From: Candidatus Omnitrophota bacterium
GTDB lineage: Bacteria > Omnitrophota > Omnitrophia > Omnitrophales > Aquincolibacteriaceae
NCBI GenBank assembly: GCA_023247055.1
Contig: JAHFHF010000010.1
Span: forward strand, 1-54,682
Direction: 5' to 3'
DNA length: 54,682 nucleotides
A program made the position numbers and the translations under genes. Below the pieces are notes generated by a model. It ran no database searches, was not told the DNA's origin, and saw only the letters and a program-made list of their open reading frames with translations. This document shows, in pieces, positions 9,126 through 18,423 of this stretch (position 1 is the first letter of the stretch; the number at the start of each line of letters is the position of its first letter).

Positions 9126-10157
9126 TTACGCTTTTTGCGTGTAAAATTCTTTCCAAAATTGAATGCCGTCATTCCGGCCGGCGACAGCCTGCACGCTGAG
9201 TGTTTCAGCGCGGCCCTTCAGCGATGCAGCGCTTTGAATCCGGAAATACTTTGAGTCGATTTTAAAAATTCCCTGAGTCTGAACTTGATCGATGATCTGC
9301 CGGATTTCGTCATCCAGCCCGCTCAAGGACTCGAAAGCTTCCGCCAGGCCCGCAAGTTTGGTAAAAACAGGGTCATCCGCGGTTCCCTCAAGGCGGTCCG
9401 GACCCTGCCGGTAGCTGATTATTTTTTCTGCAAAGGTTTTATGCCCCGTGAGCGCCTCAAGCACGGTCTGCGATGCTGTATTTAAATTCACCTTTCCGTC
9501 GCCATGCAGCGTAATGTAAGGCTGAAGATTTTTTAAAATTTCCGGGGTCATATCCCGCACATAAAGCAATTCTTCGACAACATCGAGCGCGGCATTTTTA
9601 GGCAGCAACGGCCGTTTCAAGGAACGGTAATAAAGGTTTTCTGCACCAGAAGCATGTAAATCACTGTCTTCGTCGATCCAGTCCAAAACCGAGTCGGCAA
9701 GGATGGCGGCTTGGTCGGTTGAAATTCCGGCGGTCATTATTAAAAGGCGCTTAAGCACCTCGTCATCCTTCAGAAGATTCAGATTGATCCGGCTTTCTTC
9801 GTCGCGCAAACCATAATCCGAAACTGTCTCCGTCTTGATCACGGAAAAAACCGTCTTTCCCAGCGAAACGTCTTTGAATAAAAAACCCGGCCGGCTCCAG
9901 ACGTCCGTCAAAGAATCTGCGGGATTTTTGGGGTCCTTCGGATAATGGATCGCCCATAAGCCGCGCTCGATGCCGGACTCGGCGCTCAGACGCAGCGTCC
10001 TCTTGATTTCAAGGCGTTCCAGCATATTAAGCCGCTGGCGGACTCCATAGCCTGCGGAAAGCGTAAAAAGGCCCAAAAGCGCAGAAAGCCACAGTACGTA
10101 GATAAGAATGCTTCCGCTTTGCGGCAGGAAAAAAGATTTTTTTTTGCGAACGCTCAT
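9126..10157 (-). CDS. gspK: Type II secretion pseudopilin GspK-like protein
   Basis: Prepilin-like QSGSILIYVLW, DEESRINLN, DWIDED, EELLYV, KVNLNTAS. Confidence 0.85.
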   Translation of the reverse strand: MSVRKKKSFFLPQSGSILIYVLWLSALLGLFTLSAGYGVRQRLNMLERLEIKRTLRLSAESGIERGLWAIHYPKDPKNPADSLTDVWSRPGFLFKDVSLGKTVFSVIKTETVSDYGLRDEESRINLNLLKDDEVLKRLLIMTAGISTDQAAILADSVLDWIDEDSDLHASGAENLYYRSLKRPLLPKNAALDVVEELLYVRDMTPEILKNLQPYITLHGDGKVNLNTASQTVLEALTGHKTFAEKIISYRQGPDRLEGTADDPVFTKLAGLAEAFESLSGLDDEIRQIIDQVQTQGIFKIDSKYFRIQSAASLKGRAETLSVQAVAGRNDGIQFWKEFYTQKA

Positions 10158-10465
10158 GATTTCGGCTGAGGTTCCGGCGCAGCTTTCAGGGCAGGCATAT
10201 TTTTTTCGATATTCTCAAGCCGGTTTTCAATCCGCGTCATTTGCTGGGACAGTTCTAAAAAAAGCCGTTTAAGATAGAGATCGAGCGGTTCCGGCTGCAG
10301 GATACCGCCTATTTTTTCGACTTTCCGGTCCGAGGCAATGTTGTGCACAACGCCTCCGGCCAGAACGCCATTTTCTTTTTCCTCAGCCTGCAGCGGCGCT
10401 GCTGCTCCCGCAGACAGCATCGCCAATCCCATCATTAAAAAAAACCGCTTGAGAACTAGTTTCAT
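10154..10465 (-). CDS. Small exported coiled-coil hypothetical protein
   Basis: Signal peptide (MKLVLKRFF...LQA-EE), heptad C-terminus, ATGA overlap with gspK. Confidence 0.7.
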   Translation of the reverse strand: MKLVLKRFFLMMGLAMLSAGAAAPLQAEEKENGVLAGGVVHNIASDRKVEKIGGILQPEPLDLYLKRLFLELSQQMTRIENRLENIEKNMPALKAAPEPQPKS

Positions 10466-10540
10466 GAGTTCCTAAAAGTAAATGGGGCTAACTCCCCTGT
10501 TGACAGGGTGTTATAAAGATCGGCTGGGATGGGAAACTGC

Positions 10541-10610
10541 TTGATCGGAAAAGAAAAAAGACCTGATCCCTAGGGCTTCACAGGTCAAGGAAACCTGCGT
10601 AGGCTCTAAG
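10541..10610. repeat. Degenerate copy of the 63-bp double-hairpin element
   Basis: gcttcacaggtcaaggaaacctgcgtaggc vs gcttcgcaggccaaggaagcctgcgtatgc in the 40106-40231 unit. Confidence 0.65.
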
Positions 10611-10660
10611 TAAAAGGTCAAAAGTCTTATGAGAGTTCAACCAGCCGGAAAGGTTCGGGC

Positions 10661-10984
10661 TTAAGCAGCGGCAATCGGCGAGAAAATAGCTTCTTTCGGG
10701 ATCCGGCGCTGGCGATTGAGACGGGCGGTAGTCACCAGATGGCGCGTCCACGTCCGCCGCGCAGACCGTAATTCCAATTTGAGGCGGCGCAGCACGGGCT
10801 CTCCCGCAAATCCGTTTCCCTGCCTTTTGATCGCGAGAATGCCGGCCATGCGCTGATGCACGAGGATTTTCAGTTCCCTGGCTTTGTCCGACGGATGGAG
10901 GCCGAGCGACCGTTCCAACTCCGTGTAATCGGACAGGAGATTGTCTAAAAAAATATTTGTGATTCGAAGTGTAAAATCCATCAT
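10661..10984 (-). CDS. Hypothetical basic protein
   Basis: 107-aa ORF in the same orientation as its neighbours, CAGGTGG RBS-like sequence, ends IAAA. Confidence 0.55.
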   Translation of the reverse strand: MMDFTLRITNIFLDNLLSDYTELERSLGLHPSDKARELKILVHQRMAGILAIKRQGNGFAGEPVLRRLKLELRSARRTWTRHLVTTARLNRQRRIPKEAIFSPIAAA

Positions 10985-11038
10985 AAGTCCACCTGATTTT
11001 ATATAAAAGTTTTCAGTAAGCGCTGAATTTGACTTTCG

Positions 11039-11092
11039 ATACTATCAATAAAGCATTAAAAAAAGATTAAAATTAGATTAAATCTGCTTAAT
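11039..11092 (-). promoter_or_regulatory. Putative promoter with 11-bp-period TTTAAT direct repeats (OmpR/PhoB-type box)
   Basis: ATTAAA at 11055, 11066 and 11077; TAGTAT -10 at 11044-11039 on the minus strand. Confidence 0.45.
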
Positions 11093-11154
11093 GGAAATAA
11101 TTGAATGCTTCAATGATCGAGAATTTTAAGGAATGCTAGCGGAAATTTGGGAAA

Positions 11155-11332
11155 CCGTGTTCAGGCACCGTGCTTCACCGACCAGGGAAGTCGGTGTAAG
11201 CACTTGGCCTGAAAGCCCGTGTTCAGGCACTGTGCTTCACCGACCAGGGAAGTCGGTGTAAGCACTTGGCCTGAAAACCCGTGTTCAGGCACTGTGCTTC
11301 ACCGACCAGGGAAGTCGGTGTAAGCACTTGGC
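11155..11332. repeat. 62-bp-period hairpin tandem repeat, about 2.9 copies
   Basis: Copies start at 11155, 11217 and 11279; stems ttcaggc/gcctgaa, gtgctt/aagcac, caccgac/gtcggtg. Confidence 0.95.
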
Positions 11333-12801
11333 AAACTGACGCGGATGGTTGTTCCCTTCCCAAGCTGACTCATCAGCTGCAGAGTGCCGCCATGGGTATC
11401 ACAAATCGTCTTGGCAATATTCAGACCCAGCCCGACCCCTTCCAATGAGCGGGATTGGTCCGTGCGATAGAAGCGCGAAAAAACTTTGGCTTGAAACTCC
11501 GGCTCGATTCCGGGGCCAGTATCTTCCACGGTCGTCACAGCCTGGCCGTTTTCTCGCTTCAGACAGACACGCACCCTGCCGCCTGAGGGCGTAAATTTAA
11601 GCGCATTGTCCACCAAATTGGAGAAAAGGCGTTTTAAATAGAGTGCATCCCCCACAACAGCGGCCTGCGGCTCCAGGTCACCGGAAAGTTCAATCTGTTT
11701 TTGCTGGGCGCGTTCGCGGAACCGGTCCAGAATCTGGCCCAAAATTTCATCCAGAAAAACTTTTTTCTTTTCAAATTCAAGCTGTCGCGCGTCGCTTTTC
11801 ACCAGCAGCAAAAGGTCATTGACCAGCCGGATCAATTCGTCTACTTCCCCTTCAATCGTGCGCAGGGTTTCCGAGAGGGCATCGACCGAACGCGGCCGCC
11901 TGAGCGCCAGATCGATCTCACCACGGATAATCGCAAGCGGGGTTTTGAGTTCATGAGAAATGTCCGAGCTGAAATCCTGCACCGCCCGCGTCGAAGACTC
12001 AATACGGTTCAACATTTCATTGAGTGTCTGGGCCAGACGGTCCACTTCATCGCCTGCGTTTGTGCGCGGCAGCCGGGACTGCAGATGGGCTGCCGTAATC
12101 TGCTGAGCCTCGCGCGTCATGAAGTCAATCGGCCGGAAAGACCGTTTGGCCAGCAGCCATCCCGCGAGGACTGAGGCCAGAACCGCGCCGGGAATCGAGA
12201 TCAAAATAATAAAATCCAGGCGCCGCAGCGTTATACCGAGTTCGCCGGCGGGAGTGCCGCATTGGATGATAAAAATGGGATGCCGGCCATAGCGGACCAA
12301 ATGGTAATAAAGCCGGATGGGTTTACGTTGAAAATGAATCGTCTGAAAAGAGTCGCCGATCTCCATAAAAATCGAGTCGCGTTCATAGTCCGGAAAAATA
12401 ATTTCATTTTCCCAGCCTTTCAGATTGGAGGCCAGCACGTTGCGGTCAAGCCCGATAATCCGGATCATCAGCGTGCTGCGGTCCACCGAGCGCCCATAGC
12501 GCTTCCAGTCATTAAGGACCTCAATCAACCGCGGCTGCAGTTCGCGCATGAAAGAAAGGCTGGAATAAAAACGCGCATCGGCCGGCCCTTCGGCTTCTCC
12601 CTTCGTGAAGACGCTCTGCAGATAGCCGTCAAGCGACTCTTCGACTTCCAAGGCTTCCATGGCCAGACGTCGGTCCAAATCGCGGTAAAGCACGCGCGAA
12701 AGTTCCGCGCGCATGAAAAAACAGAACGCCGACAGGATGATGCACAGGACCAGCGCATACCAAAGCGTCAGCCGGAATTTAACGGAGTGGAATTGGCTCA
12801 A
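11299..12801 (-). CDS. Sensor histidine kinase, CusS/CzcS-like (2 TM, HAMP, HisKA, HATPase)
   Basis: SHELKTPLA H-box, NLVDNALKF, DTGPGI, FSRFYR, GLGLNIA. Confidence 0.93.
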   Translation of the reverse strand: MSQFHSVKFRLTLWYALVLCIILSAFCFFMRAELSRVLYRDLDRRLAMEALEVEESLDGYLQSVFTKGEAEGPADARFYSSLSFMRELQPRLIEVLNDWKRYGRSVDRSTLMIRIIGLDRNVLASNLKGWENEIIFPDYERDSIFMEIGDSFQTIHFQRKPIRLYYHLVRYGRHPIFIIQCGTPAGELGITLRRLDFIILISIPGAVLASVLAGWLLAKRSFRPIDFMTREAQQITAAHLQSRLPRTNAGDEVDRLAQTLNEMLNRIESSTRAVQDFSSDISHELKTPLAIIRGEIDLALRRPRSVDALSETLRTIEGEVDELIRLVNDLLLLVKSDARQLEFEKKKVFLDEILGQILDRFRERAQQKQIELSGDLEPQAAVVGDALYLKRLFSNLVDNALKFTPSGGRVRVCLKRENGQAVTTVEDTGPGIEPEFQAKVFSRFYRTDQSRSLEGVGLGLNIAKTICDTHGGTLQLMSQLGKGTTIRVSLPSAYTDFPGR

Positions 12802-13472
12802 GCGGCGAGGAACCGGTAACCGGCACCGCGCACGGTTTCGATCAAACTTTTGTCGCGGCCGGCATCAATTTTCTTTCGCAGAAAGTTGATAAAAACATCG
12901 ATCGTGTTGCTCATCGGGTCAAAGTGCAGGTCCCAGACATGTTCTGCGATCTGGGCCCGGGAAACAACTTCATCTTTTTTGCGCAATAAAAACTCCAGCA
13001 AGGCAAACTCTTTTTGTGAAAGGCTGACTTCCCGCTCAGCGACCCAGACCCGCCGGGTCAACAGGTCGAGTTTGACATCGGCGGCGCTGAGCACGACTTC
13101 CTGTTCCAGTGTCCGCGGCCGGCGCAAAAGCGCCCGGATGCGGGCCAAAAGTTCATCAAAGGCAAAAGGCTTGGTCAGATAATCATCCGCTCCCGCATCC
13201 AGCCCCTTGACTTTATCTTCGACGGCATCGCGTGCGGTCAGCATCAGCACCGGCACGCGCAGGCCTTTTTCACGAATTTTGGCGCAGACGGCAATGCCGT
13301 TCATTTTCGGCAGCATCAGGTCCAGAATGACCAGATCATAATCGTTTGTATGGGCATAGTCCCAGCCGGCCTCGCCGTCAAAGGCCGTGTCCACGACAAA
13401 GCCTTCTTCCTTCAAGCCACGCTCAATAAAACTCGACATTTTTTTTTCATCTTCGACAAGCAGAATCCGCAT
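12798..13472 (-). CDS. OmpR-family response regulator, CusR/CzcR-like
   Basis: ILLVED, LDLMLP, GADDYLTKPF, IETVRGAGY. Confidence 0.95.
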   Translation of the reverse strand: MRILLVEDEKKMSSFIERGLKEEGFVVDTAFDGEAGWDYAHTNDYDLVILDLMLPKMNGIAVCAKIREKGLRVPVLMLTARDAVEDKVKGLDAGADDYLTKPFAFDELLARIRALLRRPRTLEQEVVLSAADVKLDLLTRRVWVAEREVSLSQKEFALLEFLLRKKDEVVSRAQIAEHVWDLHFDPMSNTIDVFINFLRKKIDAGRDKSLIETVRGAGYRFLAA

Positions 13473-13487
13473 AGATTTTAGACACCC

Positions 13488-14636
13488 TTAAGTTCGATTA
13501 AACCAGCGCATGGGACTGAACGGCTGAAGTTCTGCCGGGATTTTTTTTTCATCGATGGCACGGGCCAGCAGTTCTCCCGCATAAAGGCCAATGACAATCC
13601 CGCTGCGGTAATAGGCAGCCGCCATATAATACCCTGCCAGAGGCGTTTTGCCCAGCACCGGCAAATGGTCAGCTGAACAAGGCCGCAAGCCGGCCCAGGC
13701 TTGCACTGCTTTGAAGGTTTTAAGCCGCGGAACCAGCTGCGCGGCGCCCTGCCGGATTCTTTGCAGGGTTTTTGGCTGGACCGTCGCTTTAAACCCCGCT
13801 TTTTCAACCGTAGAGCCCAGCAGGTAGTGGTTTTGGCTCCAGGGAACGATATAAATTCCGCCTGCTGAGTGTATAACGCTTTGCAGTTTGAGGCCCTGCC
13901 CCCGTACCACCACAATCTGACCACGCACGGGAAAAATCGGCAGGCGCCAGGGCGAAATGCCGGAATTGCCGGCCCAGCTGCCGCCGGCATTGATGACACA
14001 GTCCGCAAAAAAAAGTCTTCCCCCGGTCGAGACGCCGGCTACGCGGCCTTTTTGGATATGAAGCCGCATAGTCCGGCCAATGCCCTGCCATACGGCCCCG
14101 TGCCGGCCCGCACGCGCCGTCACGACTTTTTTCAAAGCTTTTTGCAGGAGCGCCGGAAAAATCTGGGCAATGGTCGGATAAAAAAGCACCCCGCGGACAT
14201 CCGGACCCAGAAATGGCCAGCGCTTCAAGGCCTGCGCACGTGTCAGCCAGCGAATCGGGATACCTGAGGGTCGATGGGCTCGCAGCCGGGCTTTCAGTTT
14301 TTTTTCTTCGGCTGGATTTAAAGCCGTAAAAAACATGCCGGTCCGGCGGTACCCGGTGCGCACGCCGCTTTCACGCTCAATCCGCCGGATTTCCGCCGGC
14401 AGCCGCCGGAAAGCCGCCTTTTTAAGCTTAAAAAACGGCTGATGGGGATCCGCGGATTCTAAAAATGGATCCAGAATTCCGGCTGAGGCCGGGGTGGCTT
14501 CGCCGGCCAGCGGCTTCTTGGGTGCCAGAATCAAAACTTTTTTGCGGCGCCGCAGCAGCGCGCGCGCGGCCCCCAAAGCGGCAATGCCGCCGCCTAAAAT
14601 AATCGCATCGAACGTTTTGGCAGGTCTCACGGGCAA
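13488..14636 (-). CDS. FAD-dependent glycine oxidase/DAO family (ThiO-like)
   Basis: GGGIAA, ASAGIL, PVRGQ, WAGLRP, YRSGI. Confidence 0.8.
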   Translation of the reverse strand: MPVRPAKTFDAIILGGGIAALGAARALLRRRKKVLILAPKKPLAGEATPASAGILDPFLESADPHQPFFKLKKAAFRRLPAEIRRIERESGVRTGYRRTGMFFTALNPAEEKKLKARLRAHRPSGIPIRWLTRAQALKRWPFLGPDVRGVLFYPTIAQIFPALLQKALKKVVTARAGRHGAVWQGIGRTMRLHIQKGRVAGVSTGGRLFFADCVINAGGSWAGNSGISPWRLPIFPVRGQIVVVRGQGLKLQSVIHSAGGIYIVPWSQNHYLLGSTVEKAGFKATVQPKTLQRIRQGAAQLVPRLKTFKAVQAWAGLRPCSADHLPVLGKTPLAGYYMAAAYYRSGIVIGLYAGELLARAIDEKKIPAELQPFSPMRWFNRT

Positions 14637-14656
14637 GTCCTGAGGGTTAGGCGGGC

Positions 14657-15115
14657 TTACGCTTTTTTTCCAAGAATTGTCTTGAGTTCTTTCATAAAGT
14701 GCCCGACGTCCTGGAAATCCCGGTAGACGCTGGCAAAACGCACATACGCCACCTGGTCGATCTGGGCCAAGCGCTGCATGATGAATTCACCGATCACGCT
14801 GGAAGGCACTTCTTTCTCGTATTTTTCGTGCAGCATGATATCCAGCGCATCCACGATCTTGTGCTGCTCGTCGAGCGGAACTGGACGCTTTTCGCAGGCT
14901 TTATGAATGCCGGAAACGACTTTGGCACGGTCATAAAGTTCACGGCGCCGGTCTTTTTTGATGATGTAAAGCGGTAGTTCTTCAATCCGTTCGTAGGTGG
15001 TATAACGCCGGCTGCAACTTTCGCACTCACGGCGGCGGCGGATCGCGCGGCCCTCTTCCGAGGAGCGCGAATCGATCACTTTATCATTTTCCGCCTTGCA
15101 GAACGGACAGCGCAT
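14657..15115 (-). CDS. nrdR: Transcriptional repressor NrdR
   Basis: MRCPFC zinc ribbon, IRRRREC, ATP cone, AYVRFASVYR. Confidence 0.97.
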   Translation of the reverse strand: MRCPFCKAENDKVIDSRSSEEGRAIRRRRECESCSRRYTTYERIEELPLYIIKKDRRRELYDRAKVVSGIHKACEKRPVPLDEQHKIVDALDIMLHEKYEKEVPSSVIGEFIMQRLAQIDQVAYVRFASVYRDFQDVGHFMKELKTILGKKA

Positions 15116-15126
15116 GAAGGTTTACC

Positions 15127-16413
15127 TTAGATGCCGTAGCGCGCATTGAGTTCGGGATAAAGCGGAAACTCGGCTGTCAAAGTTTCGACGCGGGCGCGGA
15201 CGCGGCCCAGGTGCGCCTGGTCGTCCGGAGCCTGAAGCGCTTCATCGATCAGCGCGGCAATCAATTCCATTTCTTTTTCTTTCATCCCGCGTGTGGTCAC
15301 GGCCGGAGTGCCGAGCCGCACGCCGGAAGTTTTGAAAGGCGATTCTTGATCAAAAGGAATCATGTTTTTGTTCACCGTAATCTTTACACGGTCCAGCGCT
15401 TCCTGCACCTGCTTGCCGTTAAAGCCTTTTACACTGACATTGACCAGCATAAGGTGATTGTCCGTCCCCCCGGAAGCAAGTTTCCAGCCGCGCTTGAGCA
15501 TGCCGGCGGCCAGCGCTTGGGCATTCTTGACAATCTGACCGGAATAGGTTTTGAACTCCGGCGTCATGGCCTCTTTGAGCGCGACGGCTTTGGCGGCAAT
15601 AATATGCATCAGCGGGCCGCCCTGATTACCCGGAAAAACAGCTGAATCAATGGCTTTTGCGTATTTTTCACGGCAGAGAATCAAGCCGCCGCGCGGCCCC
15701 CGCAGGGTTTTATGCGTCGTCGTTGTCACAATGTCGGAATATGGCACCGGACTGGGATGAAACCCGGCTGCAACCAATCCGGCGAAATGGGCCATGTCCA
15801 CCATCAACAGCGCGCCAATTTTGTCGGCAATTTCGCGGCCGCGCTTAAAATCAATCACCCGCGGATAGGCGGATGCACCGAGCAGGATCATCTTGGGCTT
15901 GTGTTCCAGCGCCAGCTTTTCAAGTTCATCATAATCAATCCGCTCGTCTTTGGGACTGACCCCATACGGAATAATTGTAAAAAATTTTCCGGAAAAATTC
16001 ATGGGATGGCCGTGCGTCAAGTGGCCGCCGTGCGCCAGATTCATGGCCAGGATTTTGTCGCCGGTCTGCAAAAGCGCCATATAAACGGCAACGTTAGCCG
16101 AGGTGCCTGAATGGGACTGGACATTGGCATGCTCTGCGCCGAAAAGCGCCTTGGCGCGTTCAATCGCCAGGGTCTCCACAACATCCACATGTTCGCAGCC
16201 GCCGTACCAGCGTTTTCCCGGATAACCTTCTGCGTATTTGTTGGTCAGAACCGATCCGGCCGCTTCGAGCACCGCGGCCGATGTAAAATTTTCGCTGGCA
16301 ATCAATTCGATATGCTCATTCTGGCGGCGCAGTTCGCCCAGCATGGCCTGATAAATGGCCGGGTCCGCGTTTTTCAAAAAGGATTCGAACGGCGCGTTAG
16401 TGTTTTTGCTCAT
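15127..16413 (-). CDS. glyA: Serine hydroxymethyltransferase
   Basis: [36 protein letters not shown]; start taken at MSKNTN. Confidence 0.97.
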   Translation of the reverse strand: MSKNTNAPFESFLKNADPAIYQAMLGELRRQNEHIELIASENFTSAAVLEAAGSVLTNKYAEGYPGKRWYGGCEHVDVVETLAIERAKALFGAEHANVQSHSGTSANVAVYMALLQTGDKILAMNLAHGGHLTHGHPMNFSGKFFTIIPYGVSPKDERIDYDELEKLALEHKPKMILLGASAYPRVIDFKRGREIADKIGALLMVDMAHFAGLVAAGFHPSPVPYSDIVTTTTHKTLRGPRGGLILCREKYAKAIDSAVFPGNQGGPLMHIIAAKAVALKEAMTPEFKTYSGQIVKNAQALAAGMLKRGWKLASGGTDNHLMLVNVSVKGFNGKQVQEALDRVKITVNKNMIPFDQESPFKTSGVRLGTPAVTTRGMKEKEMELIAALIDEALQAPDDQAHLGRVRARVETLTAEFPLYPELNARYGI

Positions 16414-16846
16414 AGTCTCGGATTTTATTGACACGGCATTCATGTCGGCCTCCTTCAAAGGCGCTCGCAAGCCAGGTTTCAACGATGGGAATAAGAAGTT
16501 CCGGCGCTAGAAAACCGGCACCAAGGATTAGCATGTTGGCGTCATTGTGCTGACGCGAAAGCTGCGCTTCTTCGACGCTTTTGCAAAGCGCCGCACGCAC
16601 CCCGCGCACTTTATTGGCAATGATCGAACTGCCGATACCCGAATGGCAGATCCCGATGGCTTTCGTGCATTCGCCCGTTTGGACTTTCTCGGCTGCGCAA
16701 ATCATATAATCGGGATAATCACAGGACGTTTCAGAAAAAGTGCCGCAATCGACCGGTTCATAACCTTTTTGAGCCAGAAGTAGTTTTAATTTTTCTTTAA
16801 ATCCATACCCGCGGTGGTCGCAGGCCAGTGCAATTTTTTCTTTCAT
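16397..16846 (-). CDS. rpiB: Ribose-5-phosphate isomerase B
   Basis: [36 protein letters not shown]. Confidence 0.95.
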   Translation of the reverse strand: MKEKIALACDHRGYGFKEKLKLLLAQKGYEPVDCGTFSETSCDYPDYMICAAEKVQTGECTKAIGICHSGIGSSIIANKVRGVRAALCKSVEEAQLSRQHNDANMLILGAGFLAPELLIPIVETWLASAFEGGRHECRVNKIRDYEQKH

Positions 16847-16850
16847 AAGA

Positions 16851-17909
16851 TCAGGAAATAATATCACTCCATAAATTTTTCATTTTTTTCTGAATGTCCG
16901 CCAGCACCGCTTCATAAATCAGCATGTTCATGCCGATGGGGTCGACCACGTTTAAAACGCGGATTTTAGGGCGGGCCTGCGGCATCAAATTGCCGATAAA
17001 GTCGGCATGCTCCTTGGCCATAGCCAGAATCAAGTCTGCTTGATTGACGTCCTCGCGGGTGCAGGGTTTGGAACGGTGCGCCGCGATGTCCACTTCTAGA
17101 TTTTTCATGACGAGGATGGCTTCCGTCGTGGCTTTGCCGCCCGGACGGGCTGCGATGCCGCAGGACGAAACCAGAATCTGCCCGCCCAGGTCTTTTTTAC
17201 GCAACTCATCGATGAGCAAGCCTTCCGCCATAGGCGAACGGCAGGAATTGCCGGTGCAGACCACCAGAATGCGTTTACGCACAAATTGACCGCCGGCAAT
17301 TTTCGCAAGTTCCGCGCGCACTTCAGCGCCGGCCGCGCCCTCGCGCAGAATCACGGGAACCTCTCCGGTCACGTCTACAACGGTTGAATCCTGCACAAGT
17401 TCGCAAGGACCTCCGTCAATGACGGCATAATCGTTCTTGCCTAAACCCTGCAGGGCTTCTTCCGCCGTGCGGGGCGATGGCTGTCCGCTGAGATTGGCAC
17501 TGGTCGCCACAAAGGGCTCACCCGCGGCATTGATGAGCGCCGCAGCCAGGCGGTGTTTTGGAAAGCGCAGGCCGATTTTTTCCCCTTGGGCATCCCGCAC
17601 CACAAACGTCACGGGGCCGGGCCAAAACATGCGGCTCAGATGGCGGAAAACCGGAGTCTGGGCAATTTGCATCAGCGAGACCATCTCCCATTCGCCGATG
17701 TGATAAGCAAACGGTTTCTCAGCCGGCCGGCCTTTCAGCCGCGCCAGCTTTTCCTGGATGCCGGAAACACTCATGGGGGCTCCGATGCCATAGACCGTCT
17801 CCGTCGGAAAAACGATCAATTTTCCGGCCCGGCTGTCCATGGCGAGCTGCCGGATCTTACTGAGATCCGGATCACGCACATCCACTTTATAGATTTCCGC
17901 AGCACTCAC
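16851..17909 (-). CDS. tsaC: Threonylcarbamoyl-AMP synthase (TsaC/YrdC) fused to a low-molecular-weight protein phosphatase
   Basis: FPTETVYG, KGRP, WPGPVT, TSANLSG, followed by VCTGNSCRSPMAE and DPIG. Confidence 0.92.
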   Translation of the reverse strand: MSAAEIYKVDVRDPDLSKIRQLAMDSRAGKLIVFPTETVYGIGAPMSVSGIQEKLARLKGRPAEKPFAYHIGEWEMVSLMQIAQTPVFRHLSRMFWPGPVTFVVRDAQGEKIGLRFPKHRLAAALINAAGEPFVATSANLSGQPSPRTAEEALQGLGKNDYAVIDGGPCELVQDSTVVDVTGEVPVILREGAAGAEVRAELAKIAGGQFVRKRILVVCTGNSCRSPMAEGLLIDELRKKDLGGQILVSSCGIAARPGGKATTEAILVMKNLEVDIAAHRSKPCTREDVNQADLILAMAKEHADFIGNLMPQARPKIRVLNVVDPIGMNMLIYEAVLADIQKKMKNLWSDIIS

Positions 17910-17916
17910 GGGCAGT

Positions 17917-18423
17917 CTAGGCTCCTAATTTTTTCTGCAACGCTTCGTTTTTTTTGCAAACTTGATCGGCAAGACCGATTTTGAATTGCTCGAACTTTTT
18001 GCGCAGCGCTTCATCGGAGAGCGCCATAATCTGGACCGCCAAAATGGCGGCATTGCGCGCGCCGAATTTACCGACCGCCACGGTTGCAACCGGAATCCCC
18101 GGCGGCATCTGGACCGTGGCCAGTAAAGCATCAAAACCTGCCAGCGGCGTTGCCGCCAGCGGAACACCGATCACCGGCAAAGCCGTATGGGCCGCCACGA
18201 CGCCCGCTAAATGCGCAGCGCCCCCTGCGGCGGCGATAATGACCTGAATCCCCCGCGCCTGTGCTTTGGATGCAAATTCACTGACTACGGCCGGGCTGCG
18301 GTGGGCGGACATCACCTGCACGTCGCAGGCAACGCCAAATTCTTTAAAAGTCTTGACGCTTTCTTCCATGACTTCAAAATCGGAATCACTGCCCATGACA
18401 ATTGCCGCGCGTGCAGTTTTCAT
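17917..18423 (-). CDS. purE: N5-CAIR mutase
   Basis: [33 protein letters not shown]. Confidence 0.97.
   Translation of the reverse strand: MKTARAAIVMGSDSDFEVMEESVKTFKEFGVACDVQVMSAHRSPAVVSEFASKAQARGIQVIIAAAGGAAHLAGVVAAHTALPVIGVPLAATPLAGFDALLATVQMPPGIPVATVAVGKFGARNAAILAVQIMALSDEALRKKFEQFKIGLADQVCKKNEALQKKLGA

Noticed and set aside
11155-11332. CRISPR array (also considered for 1-144, 31838-31953 and 40106-40234)
   Set aside because: Units are contiguous near-identical copies without unique spacers, and no cas genes are present
16851-17280. Arsenate reductase ArsC domain
   Set aside because: The P-loop matches but the resolving Cys pair is not evident, and the ywlC/ywlE-rpiB-glyA-like context favours a protein phosphatase
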